A stretch of DNA of 64,000 nt, from positions 53,010,001 to 53,074,000 of the forward strand of contig OZ365109.1 in the NCBI GenBank assembly GCA_977030845.1, in the 5' to 3' direction. The DNA comes from Fimbriosthenelais zetlandica (Eukaryota). The notes under the pieces were generated by a model that made no database searches, had not been told where the DNA came from, and saw only the letters and a list, made by a program, of their open reading frames with translations. Numbering within the stretch: the stretch's first letter is position 1; every line of letters starts with the position of its first letter. Both the position numbers and the translations under genes were made by a program. Positions 50,301 through 60,800 of this stretch are shown in pieces.

Positions 50301-53300
50301 CTGTTCTCTATTGTCTCAGCATATCTTTCCCCCCTTTCCCTATTTCTCCCCCTATTGTCAACTCATACTCCCAGTGCTATACATTTATGTCTACCTTCAG
50401 TGACATCTCTATCTCTATCGCCATCTCTATCTCTATCTCCCTTTCTTTATTCTACTCTCTCTGTCTATCTGCCCCATATCTACCCCCTTACATTCTGTCT
50501 CTTTATATGGCCTCTATCCATTACTACCCCCCCTCGCTTTCTTCTATTCTCCCCCTTTCTCTATCTGCCCTATGTCCGTATGTCCCTCACTTTATTCTAT
50601 CCCTCCCACTCACGCTGAGTGACTCCCACCACTTCTCACCTTGTCTACAAACTTCTGGCCTATACGGAGCACCTCGTCAGCGTGATGCCTGTAGCGGCGC
50701 CAGGTGGCGGTAGGGTAGATCTTGTACACTGGCACGTTGTACATCAGTGGTTGCATGAGACTGAAGAACCCGATCAGATGATGGAGATAGAGCTTGGTGT
50801 CTGGGTCCGAGGGTTCAGCCAGACAGCCAATCCTATCCTCAAACAGCACCATCCCAATGGCTGCAAAACAAGAAATTCACACTTGAAAATCATTTGAAAC
50901 CATCCACAATTTGCCCAAATTCCAATCACAAAATTATGACCAATTTTTATGGACATATGCAATGCATAACTTGTGCAACTAATGTTCACGAAGGGTAAAA
51001 ATGATGATGACAAGATTAGATTAGGGTATAATGACCTATTATTGAGATAATCATTTACCCCTCTACTTCTCATTCTGAAATCACTGGAGTATAATTGTAC
51101 TCTCCGACTGACTTGTAATGGTCTTGTAATAAGGCCTTAATTCCTTTTGGGAATTGAGTATTTCTTTTATTCATGGGATTATTTTTTAAGAACAATACTA
51201 GAATAATTTAAGGCTGTACGGTTTCCTAGGATATTGCCCTCGTCTTCATTCTGTACTTCATCTGAATTTCAATGAATCCCTGTGTATTACATTTGAGGCG
51301 TTAATAGTGTGTATAATTATACATGTATGCATGCCCAAGTGACAGTATGTCCCAAGTCGCCATATGTCCAAATGACAATAAGAATATTTCCTATTTTCAC
51401 TTTTTGAAAGTAAAAGACTATATGACAAAATATCATGTTATTGATCTCTTTTTCAGGACTAATGCAGGCTTAAAAAGAGATCCAAACATGTCCATATAAT
51501 ATATATATATAACAATATCCTGCCTAAGTATGCAACCAACATTGCCTTTTGGAGAAATGAATGAACATGACCTACATAACAAGAGATCATGTTGTTGGTC
51601 ATTTTCCTCATGAATAATTATGGAACTAATCATGTACACTTGGCCTTTATTTATTACATCAAAATCTCTGAAATTGTTCCTAGTTAAGCACCCCATCAGT
51701 AGGCTCCTACCTCCTACCAGTTTCCCTCATCTTCCTCCCACTCCGCTATAAATCTACCACCTGCACACTCTTCCCTTTATTTATGAGCAGCTCGGGTCGG
51801 AGTGGCGAGTGTCCCTTTCGTCATTATTTGTCATGATGACATAAAAACGTCACATTCTATTGGCATGTCCCTCTACGGGGCAATGTCAAAATACCTTCCT
51901 TTGATTTATCTTTGGATTCCATCTAGAGTAATTTAAGGAAGGAAATGCACTTCTTGTACTTGAGGAGAGCAGAATCAATAGATTCATATTCGGCTCTCCA
52001 TGGTCGGAAGCCGTTTCCTCCCAGCATAAATTTGCATGTTTAAGTGCTGCGCTAAATGTTCATTATGAGTGTCATTATTGGATGCCCGGTACAAATTACT
52101 AACACAGATGACACCATCATTCATTAAAAGTTTAGCTATCATATTACATAACAAGGTTCCCTTCCTTGATGGGTTAAAACTGACTAAATTGCTTGTTTCA
52201 TGAAATTAGTTTTAATTTCAAATGAATGGCATTTCTATTCTGGAGATGATATCCATAATACAATACAAACTCTCACTGACTAAAACTGTCTTATTTTATG
52301 AAATTGAAATTAGTTTTAACTTTATTTCAACTATATTTAAACTATCTTTGATATAATACAAACACTATGTGTTGTATCCACAGGTATTCTCTTCCTCAAG
52401 TATTGTAGGCTAATCCATGTCTTCTTTTTAGAACAGAACACTTTCTAATGACCATAGAACTTTTTCAGAGTGGACTACTCGTAAATTATTATGAATCACT
52501 GAGACCATCCGGTCTGTCTAACTCTATAATGGTGGAGACTTTGGCAACATTCTATTTTCTGACATTGTTTTCAATGAAACTCGTGACCACATTGTCCATC
52601 GCGTGTCTCAACAAGACTCCAGACAAATCTAATTGTCAGAACCTGTTGCACTCATTGTGAACAAAATGAAATAAAATCTTTGAATCGCCCACCCTCTCCT
52701 CCCCCTCTCTCCACCTTCACCGTTCCCCTCCACCCACATCCCGACCATCCATCATTGGGACTGGATACTGGTGTCATGGAGGCACTCCGGCCCCTTCCTT
52801 CTCTCTGGAGTAACATTTATTCGAATCTCAATGCTCAACTCCTATAAAGAGAGCCATAAGTTTCTATTCTCTCGACAAGAGGGCAACATATATTCGAATC
52901 AAGTAGGAATGAGGGTGCAGTAATGTCGGGATAGGGACTTGAACCTATACTCTCTTAAAAAAGTCAAATGGATGCATAATTTGTACTGATGCGCCCAGTT
53001 GATCATTAATGGATGAAGAATGCAGAAAATAAGTGGGAATACTTGATTGCCCTTGTTCCTGCCAAGTGACATCATCCTGACCGTACATCTGTGTGTAAGC
53101 AGCTATTCCTTATTATTGCTAACTAGGTTTGGATATGTTAACATTTTGTGGGATTGGAATTTCCCTCAATGCCCAATCAAGCAACTCGATTTTCTAAATC
53201 TTAGTTTTTCGAGTAGCAGACAATTCTCATTCATAATACTCACACTCTAGTGCCCACCGAAAAAACTGCAGTTCTATACTCGGCACGGTGCCATCATCCT

Positions 53301-56300
53301 GTCTCAGGTCATGGAGATGACGTATGAAGTCGTCAGCGACGTCATTCATGGCGTCACAGTAACCTTGGACTTCCTTCGGCCTTAACATCTTCTTGCTCAG
53401 CACTGTTCGATGCCTGTGCCATTCTTCTCCTTGTCTGAAACGAATATTGGTTTTTATAATATGGAAAATGATATAATTATATATATCAAAGTGGAGAAAA
53501 TGTAAGAGCATTTCTAAGGTATTGAAATCGTGTATACATGTAGGCCTAGGTATTGAAAACATGCCATAGTTGGCAGTCTAAAGCAGTAACAACGTCCATC
53601 TTGTAGCGAGAAAGTGTTCTTGATATTGACACGAGAGACGCTGCTGCTGCATGCTACACATCCAGTTGACTAACTGTAATGATGGGGAGATAAATCATCT
53701 TAATTCAATTATGACACGAGACGTTCCTAACAAGGGACATGTTCATTGTCTGCCTTCCTGAATATATCCACAGATGCCTCAATGGTGATCAGCCCCTGCT
53801 TTGTGAGAGACTGTCTGTTTTTATTCTTCTTTAGATTATATCTGTTCGAGTTTCTCTGAATATGTTCATCGACAGGGTCTGTATCCTTGGATAGAGCCAT
53901 AACATAAATTTGTGAGATGCTAAAAAGTGAGTGGACTGGAAGAACAAAGGGTCGCTGATAATAAGGAAAAGAAGTGGGGAAGTACGATGAACTAGCAGTG
54001 AATAGGGCATGAAAAAGTTGGTATTACTATAGGAAAAAGATAATATCAATACATAAGGGATGTGGATTATAAGGGATTTGGAATAATAGGAATAATACAA
54101 TATTAAACAATTTCCTCTGCTTCGAGGAAATATTTTTATAATTTCCTTATAAAATTTGAGACGGAATCTCATTCAGTACCTTGAATGTGTCAATAGAAAA
54201 AGGCAATTTCTTTTCCTTAAAACACTCACGAGCTGACCGTTCCCAAGCTAAGTTTTCTTGTCCGCCTGTAGTGGGCCAGAGGTTCCATCTCTATTCTGTT
54301 GGGGAACTTGCCGTCCACCCTCATGACCTTTGAGTACTCCTGTGGGTCAGAGACAATGACTGCAGTACGATTGGCAATCCTCTCCTTATAGACTGGTCCA
54401 TATTCCTTGGCCCTTGTCTGCATGGCCTAATAATATGGGATTGAAATGAAGAGTTTGGGATAAAGCAAAATGATATTGTACAACCACGAGATCTCTATTT
54501 GCTGGTCGATTCAGAATAACATAAAACATAATCATTATATCTCTTTCAATTGGATTTTCTAGGTTAAAAAATTAACATACCAACAATTCTCTGCTTAATA
54601 AATCACTAATAAATTTTATTCCGGAAAAATTCCACAGAAAATATTCAAACTAAATAATATTAATTAATGTAGCGCTCGACGTACCTTAAACATTTTCTCA
54701 AAGCGGAAGCCATCTTTCTTTATATAATCCCAGAGAGTTCCGAAGAGTATATTTCCTGCTGGACCGGGCATCGATTCAAACGGTCTCACTAAATCCTTCT
54801 GGTCACTAAAATGGTGTTGAGAACGCTCGGATCTCTGCGAAAGAGGGCAATAGTATTGGACAACAGTATTGGCTTGTTCCCACCCTTTCTTGTCCTCAAA
54901 CTCCTCTTCCCAACAGATCAATTTTTCCCTTCCCTTCTTTACATTCGTGTCTCGCTCCCTCAGAGCCTCCTAGATTAATCTATGATTTCCGATATCAAAA
55001 ATATTTAAAAAAAATTCAATTCTGAAAGGACAATTTCTCCTTTGAATATTTGACAGAAGCATAATTCTGTGACTGATGAACTTGAACGGTTGGAAAGCTA
55101 TGATTTGGATTATAAAAAATATATAGATCTTCTTATCCAGGAAGGGGACGGAGGTCATAAAATTGGCAAGCTCTGATGATGTGAGGAAAACGTTAATTAA
55201 CATTCAGAGCAACGATCCGTCTTTGAACGTGAATGGTCCTATAGTCGGTGCGACAACATCGACTTGGTATTTTCCATCCTGCGTATATATTCAAGAACAG
55301 GAGAACTGGTTTCTTTAATACGAGTTTCTTTTGCTCGGAAATTCCGGTATTGACGCTTTACTGTATATATATATATACGCTCGTATGTGAAACTTCGTAT
55401 GTAAAACACAAACTGGTCATTTTATATAGCCATGGAGAATTCTGACTGGTATACACTACTGTATTCTGGCTAAAACCACACTATAGGTGGATCAATATCT
55501 GTGATATATCAGTCCATGGAAAGAGATGACATGAGGCGAGAAATGCATCGGCAAAATGTTCCATTAATCATTGCCTAGGGAAAATGATACTCTCCTGAGC
55601 TAGGTTAAAATAACCTATGAATGTATTGAATAAATAAGTCTTATTTATCTTAAAACAAAGATATCAAAGGAACAGGATAAGCTAGGCAATTTATGTCGCG
55701 ATGTTAGAAGGGACAAAAAATGTTAGAATAAGAAGTTGAAAGAAATTTTGCAACTAGATGTAATATAGGGCCTACCTTACGAATTGTTAATAACTGTATT
55801 AATCTTAAATATCCTTTACCACAACCCCCTCACTCCTCTTCCCCGTCTCTCCCATTGCAATCACGAAAGCAATCATGAAAAGAGCCGCGATGATGGACTG
55901 TCATGCATGGATTCTTATGGAACCCAGATTTGAACTATTTGACCTATTGTCCAAGGACCTTTTGATAAGTTAAAGTTAAAATTGAAATATAAAGATGAAA
56001 GTCGTAAGGATTGCATTGCTTTAAGCCTAAGCCTAAGTTACGAACTGTTAATGGTATTATATTAAATGGCCCTTGTCCAAGTCCCCTTCCCTCATTCCGT
56101 ATCCTTCAAAGAACCGTGATTCGAAGTCTCATTCATGGCTTCCCTTAGAGACCAGTGTTGACACATTTTCCCACAAAATCCACCCTTCATGGCCATCAGA
56201 TTAAACTATCCTTTCCAACAACAATCTCCTCTCCCATTTGTTCAGTGCGTGCCGCATGAAATCTACTCCCTCAACAATTTCCTGAGGAACAAATTTTATG

Positions 56301-56528
56301 AGACAAATAACAGGATAGCAGCTCTGTATTATGACTTTAAATTGTTTCCTTCGACAAAAAGCCATTGTGACAAGGCAGCATGTCAAGTTTTTTCCCTGTG
56401 ACTCGGCCTACCTCTGTTATTTGCGACCCGGTTGACAGCGAGGCATGCGATGGAGCTGACAGTGATTGGCTTGTTGTAGTGAGACATCTGAGATGGCAGA
56501 GACTTGCCGGGCTGAGAATTCGAGACAT
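41226..56528 (-). CDS. CYP10: Mitochondrial-clan cytochrome P450, CYP10 family, 11 coding exons, 529 aa: join(56412-56528,54685-54834,54230-54426,53244-53434,50640-50860,45867-46016,45396-45562,43835-43913,42434-42593,42224-42267,41226-41339)
   Basis: All introns are GT-AG and phases (0,0,2,1,0,0,2,0,1,0) join into one open frame. N-terminal Arg/Ser/Thr-rich mitochondrial presequence. Motifs PGP, WHRHR, GGVET (I-helix), KETFR (ExxR), PERW and heme WGHGARMCLG. Segments GTLWDYIKKDG, SQGEEW, QPLMYN, LYPITFATSR, GTHVQANLYGM and WGHGARMCLGRRIAEQE closely match my recollection of Lymnaea stagnalis CYP10. Confidence 0.93.
42224..42267 (-). CDS. CYP10: CYP10 coding exon 10 (44-nt mini-exon, GRRIAEQEIYIALTK); absent from the ORF track
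   Basis: Acceptor GTGTTGCAG|GA, donor AAG|GTATGT. Confidence 0.95.
42434..42593 (-). CDS. CYP10: CYP10 coding exon 9 (THVQANLYGM...PERW...WGHGARMCL)
   Basis: Acceptor TGCTTTCAG|ACC, donor G|GTATCT, phase 1. Confidence 0.96.
43835..43913 (-). CDS. CYP10: CYP10 coding exon 8 (LYPITFATSR...YHVPAG); absent from the ORF track
   Basis: Acceptor CTTTTTTCAG|A, donor GGG|GTAAGA, 79 nt. Confidence 0.95.
45396..45562 (-). CDS. CYP10: CYP10 coding exon 7 (TCNATLW...LKETFR, K-helix)
   Basis: Acceptor TTTTCTCAG|ACA, donor AG|GTAGAC, phase 2. Confidence 0.95.
45867..46016 (-). CDS. CYP10: CYP10 coding exon 6 (RAESL...DMMTGGVET, I-helix)
   Basis: Acceptor TTATTCCACAG|AGA, donor ACC|GTGAGT. Confidence 0.93.
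46481..46522. repeat. Perfect 16-bp-stem inverted repeat (hairpin) in CYP10 intron 5
   Basis: TGCTTTGGTCTCATGG - CATCCTGCAA - CCATGAGACCAAAGCA. Confidence 0.9.
47475..47521. repeat. 21-bp direct repeat x2
   Basis: AACATGGTAAGGGCGTATGTA at 47475 and 47501. Confidence 0.9.
47890..47988. repeat. Degenerate 41-47-bp tandem repeat
   Basis: A(T/A)TCTGTCA(A/C)CATTTTAAGTTGGCGAG at 47890 and 47931, partial copy at 47978. Confidence 0.8.
50330..50612. repeat. CT-rich low-complexity tract ((CTAT/CT)n-like) in CYP10 intron 5
   Basis: Pyrimidine-skewed repetitive sequence. It explains the overlapping Ser/Leu/Pro-rich spurious ORFs. Confidence 0.8.
50640..50860 (-). CDS. CYP10: CYP10 coding exon 5 (SIGMVLFEDRIGCL...KFVDK)
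   Basis: Acceptor TTGTTTTGCAG|CC, donor AAG|GTGAGA. Confidence 0.95.
53244..53434 (-). CDS. CYP10: CYP10 coding exon 4 (QGEEWHRHR...RWALE)
   Basis: Acceptor TTCGTTTCAG|A, donor T|GTGAGT, phase 1. Confidence 0.95.
54230..54426 (-). CDS. CYP10: CYP10 coding exon 3 (AMQTRAKEYG...LGTVS)
   Basis: Acceptor ATTATTAG|GCC, donor TC|GTGAGT, phase 2. Confidence 0.93.
54685..54834 (-). CDS. CYP10: CYP10 coding exon 2 (RSERS...PGPAG...EKMFK)
   Basis: Acceptor CCCTCTTTCGCAG|AGA, donor AAG|GTACGT. An alternative in-frame acceptor at about 54969 cannot be excluded. Confidence 0.85.
56412..56528 (-). CDS. CYP10: CYP10 coding exon 1 (mitochondrial presequence, MSRILSPAS...SQITE)
   Basis: ATG at 56528, preceded by acceptor TTTTCTACTTCAG|ACC; donor GAG|GTAGGC, phase 0. 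Confidence 0.8.
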
Positions 56529-57779
56529 GGTCTGAAGTAGAAAATCATTCTATTTAATGTCACCGGTTCAGTGATGTGAACTCTATTGTCATGATATGTT
56601 TCCTCTATGGAAAAGGCGTATCATTTTTTCAAGACTTCCCTCATTTAAGATCTCCCAAGGTGCTGTGCTATGAGGAATGTTGATTATAATTGGAAGTTTA
56701 ATGAATTTCTGAATCATAGGAGGTGGAGAATGCATTGAAAAAATTTAAAGTGTCACATATGAAATGATCCATTTGATATACTACTTGCTGGCAGACCCAG
56801 TCTTAATTGGCCATTTTCACATACTACTCACACTATAGTATACTTTCTGAAGATATAGAAAAGTGGGTCTTCCTGCATTTCTTTTAGCACTTGATAATTA
56901 GCAATATAAATGTATAGACCATACATGTTATGTGAGACAAGACTATACAACATACCGTTTGTCGCTCGCTTTCTGCTGGTGTAGCCAAGCCTGTATACCG
57001 TGATGTATCCGTGACTGTCTGTAGCTCTGACACAAGTGTCCATTAATTCCCCACACCACTGCCTTATTCTGACCTGTGCTCGCCAAACTGTCATATATAA
57101 GGATTGTCCACCAAGGGGTGCCAGGCTTTGACGTTGGAAAAACCCAAGCCAAAAGAAGATTAGATATGTTTCTATAGATCCCAATTACCCCCCACAAGCC
57201 AGCCGGGCTCCCTGCCATGATCGGGATGACCTAGCACCTGGCGAGCCCCTACAGAGTCATATAATAGTTTAGATTAAAAACAGGGCAACCATGGTAACAG
57301 ATCATACTCAAATACAACTTACTCACAACACACCGGGGCCTCATATTGCATATCAATTGAGAAGAGAGAACCCATTATTTTGTGTGTATTTCTCAGAACT
57401 CTCTTCTATCTCGAGCCTTGACTTTCGGTTAAAATTGATCATTCTTTTGCTCAAATTAATTATAAACACATCGCAAATTAAAAGTAATTATATAATCTCA
57501 ATTAACCAGTTATTTTCCATGGATTGCAAAGGTAGAAAACAAAATATAAATATGCCTCACTTGCAAATGTAGTCAACGATTTAAAGAAATGAATATATCA
57601 TTAATACCTATTCATCATTCCGTGTGTCAGTATTAGAACCACGAGAGGCTTGCTTAGAAGTGAAATATGCTAATGAATCATTGAATATGGCAAGTGGTGA
57701 GGCGGTGAATGAGGTTAGACTGAGGGTTAGACTGGGCCAAGACGCCAATGAGAATCCATCAAACAACCTGTCACAAAAT

Positions 57780-57860
57780 AGTATAGAGCTGCCTTTACAG
57801 CGATCCAAAACGCTGATTGATTGGATGCTCAGATTACGTCATATGATTACCTCAGTGTCT
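57780..57860 (-). promoter_or_regulatory. Candidate CYP10 proximal promoter (CCAAT box and CRE-like site)
   Basis: CCAAT on the minus strand (57820-57824) and TGACGTAA (57834-57841), lying upstream of a candidate non-coding exon with donor TAG|GTATTA at 57608. The acceptor 3 nt before the ATG implies a 5' UTR intron. Confidence 0.3.
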
Positions 57861-60800
57861 CGTCAGTAATAAATCCATTGATTGCACATTCCTCCTTAAC
57901 TACACAACCTTCACCCCCGAATGGAACGATAACTTAATACTTAGACAAGCCATAAAAAATCAATGAACAAACTCAAACTTCTGCTGAGTCACTTAATTCC
58001 CATCCGATTCTCTCTCTTCTAACTTGGTTATCAAAGGCCAGCCATATCTCCCATGGCCTATAATGAGAGGCATGTAAAAGAACCATTGCTGCGAACGTTT
58101 CGCGAAATGTACGCCCTATGGCCGGAAGCTTGTTTCCACTTCGTCACAATAATTATTACGCTGGCCTTTGCTACTATAAGTTGGGGGCACTCTATCTGAA
58201 CCAAAGTCCAGTATGCACGAGGTGGCATACAAATTGTTTGAATGTTAGCTTAGTAACCACTCACTATATATCATCTCTTTTAGATTTTCACTTTCTCAAA
58301 GTTGGTCTATAGGGCTAACTCTAATATTTGGCCTGGTCTTAGAATATATACTCTTGATAGACAGTAAAACGATTCTTGAAATGGACCACATTGTATTCGT
58401 CATAGCACCAAAAGTGTGATCCACTAATGTTCTGGCTTCGTGCAGCCAACTGTAGAGACCCCTTAAATTTTTTCATATAAAATATTCAAGTCATCCAAGA
58501 CAACCACTTGTAATTTTGTTTAAGAGATCATTATCCAAGGGAAAAGGGATTTTCAAAATGGCTGCCATTGTTTTTAAGCAGTAAACTTCTCTCGCGGCTG
58601 CCGTATGCGATGTTGTAATTATTAATCATTTTGAGATTGGGGACTTGTTCCGGCCTTGAGAATCAATTATCCACAGCAATTGAGGTAAATGATTATTGTC
58701 AAAATCATCTGTAATGAGACTGTATTTGAAAATGGCGAATGGTTATCTGTTAAGTTCTTCTCTCTTCCTCCCATTGTCAAATGGAAGTGGTGGACAGGAA
58801 ATTAAACCGACAAATGTTGGATTCCTCAATCAGTAGAAACGGAGGAGTTTGTTTAGCAAAGTGTAGGGCATTTGTCAAGGGACAGCTCTTTTGAGAGGAA
58901 CATATGAACAATCAATCAAACATTCTAGGGAGCAAAGGCCAGTGGTTGGATAAATGGTTTTAAGCTTGCAACCAGGAAAAAAAATATTGTCTAACCTAGA
59001 GAGCTGTAAAAGCAATTTAGTCCAAGTGTGTGATGAGATCTGAATAGGAATTTAACCACAAAAGTAATGGCCATCCATTTATCATTCTCTCCAGTGATTA
59101 TTTTCCATTGCATCTTACTCAGAAAGTTTCTTTGAACCTCTGTGGTTAATCGAGCGGAGAAGCTACAAAAGTAACTTGTGGTTAACTGGGCAAGTTGCAG
59201 AGCATTTCACAAGAGTAAAAGATTTGATGTTTTCTACTATTTTTCATGCTCTTGAAAGTGGGTGAATTATGACAGACGTCTCTGTCGGAAGGTGCTTCCT
59301 TCACCGGGCAGACGATCTAGAGAAGCCAATCTAGCCACCCTTGGGACCGCACGGGATTCACAAACCGTGCGAAGAACCGCCTTTAATAGGCGATAAATTC
59401 CTTAAAGTGAGAATGAAGTTAATAGAAAATGATGGCTGGGTGTAAGGGCTGGGAGAGGCAATCATGCAGCAGGCGTTATCACCTTGGTAACAGAGCTAGA
59501 CCCAGGAGGAGGTAGCCCTACAGGAGAAGATGGGTATCAGGAAACTGGCAGCACAAAGGCTGGTTCCTCCTGCCAGCCAGTCTGACACTATCAGTAGCAT
59601 CTGGAGGAGAGTTATAGAGGGATTAGGCAGACAACTAACACTACTCAAATACGTCAGTCAACGCCCCAACAATCACTGGTCCTATCTTGATACACACCTG
59701 TTACAGTGCCTGTCATAAACCTGTCATTTTGACACTACCCTCTCTAACTCTCTTATATACATATATGTTAAAACATGGATATACATACCCTGTCATATAT
59801 TTGTATTCAGGGGAACAAGGGGGCTTTTAGTCAAATCCCTACCAGTTGATCTTCCTCGCCTGATGTATGTATATGTGTACTATCCCACACTTCACTAACG
59901 CTTACTCCTACCAAACCATATTTTTGTACATTTATTAGCCCTGCTAGCTTGGCCACCGGACCTAATTGTCTGGAACATGTTACTGTCTTATTCTGTCTAA
60001 TTCAGTGAGTCCATTGAAATAGACTATAGGTCCATTATTCATCCTTTTAACTTATTCTTACCTGCTGATTTCATATTTCCATGAACCACAACGGATTGAC
60101 CTTGTTTGACATGGCATTGTACTGAGGGATCAGATGCGTGCCGCCCTCAATGTGGGGTGGTACGCCAGTATCTCACATCTTATATTGGAATTATTTTTTG
60201 ATCATTTCTCTGCTCACTTGTAGTAAACAATTCTTCTAAATCACCAATTTTACATACACAGTATCCCCTGACCCGCTAACCCTTACCTGTCATCTGTGTC
60301 ACTCACTATCAAAGTGAGTCGACTCCAAGACTCAAACAGAATTTAATGAGGGTAATATACACCGTCCTAGATGTAATTTCATCCAAAAAAACGTGTATAT
60401 AGCATGTACTTGGACACTCTAATGATGTTGAGGAGGCTGATTAATTGTTAGTTTTTCAACTTTCAAGCTGGATTTTGAAACGTTAGACACACTTGAACAC
60501 ACGTTACTCAGCCTATTGAGTTTGTGAATGATTCTAAGATATATTACAATGCCAAGAGCCTATGTCGTCTATGGGTAAGTATTGTGTCTACTAAGAATCT
60601 TTGTTTGAGTCAGGAGATACGAGGCGATCAATTGCTCGTGCTTGTATACCGATCCCATCTAAAAATATAAATTTGATTTTACTTCCAGTCTGTACATTCA
60701 TCCTGCAGAACCCCAGGTTAAAAGCCAGAATATTGATGGAGAATTCAGTAACTTTTATCACCTCTTGGCCTGCTTTTACTTGCCTATAGTTTCCTTCATA

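Noticed and set aside
50355-50897. Ser/Leu/Pro-rich plus-strand ORFs
   Set aside because: Products of the CT-rich tract and the antisense strand of CYP10 exon 5.
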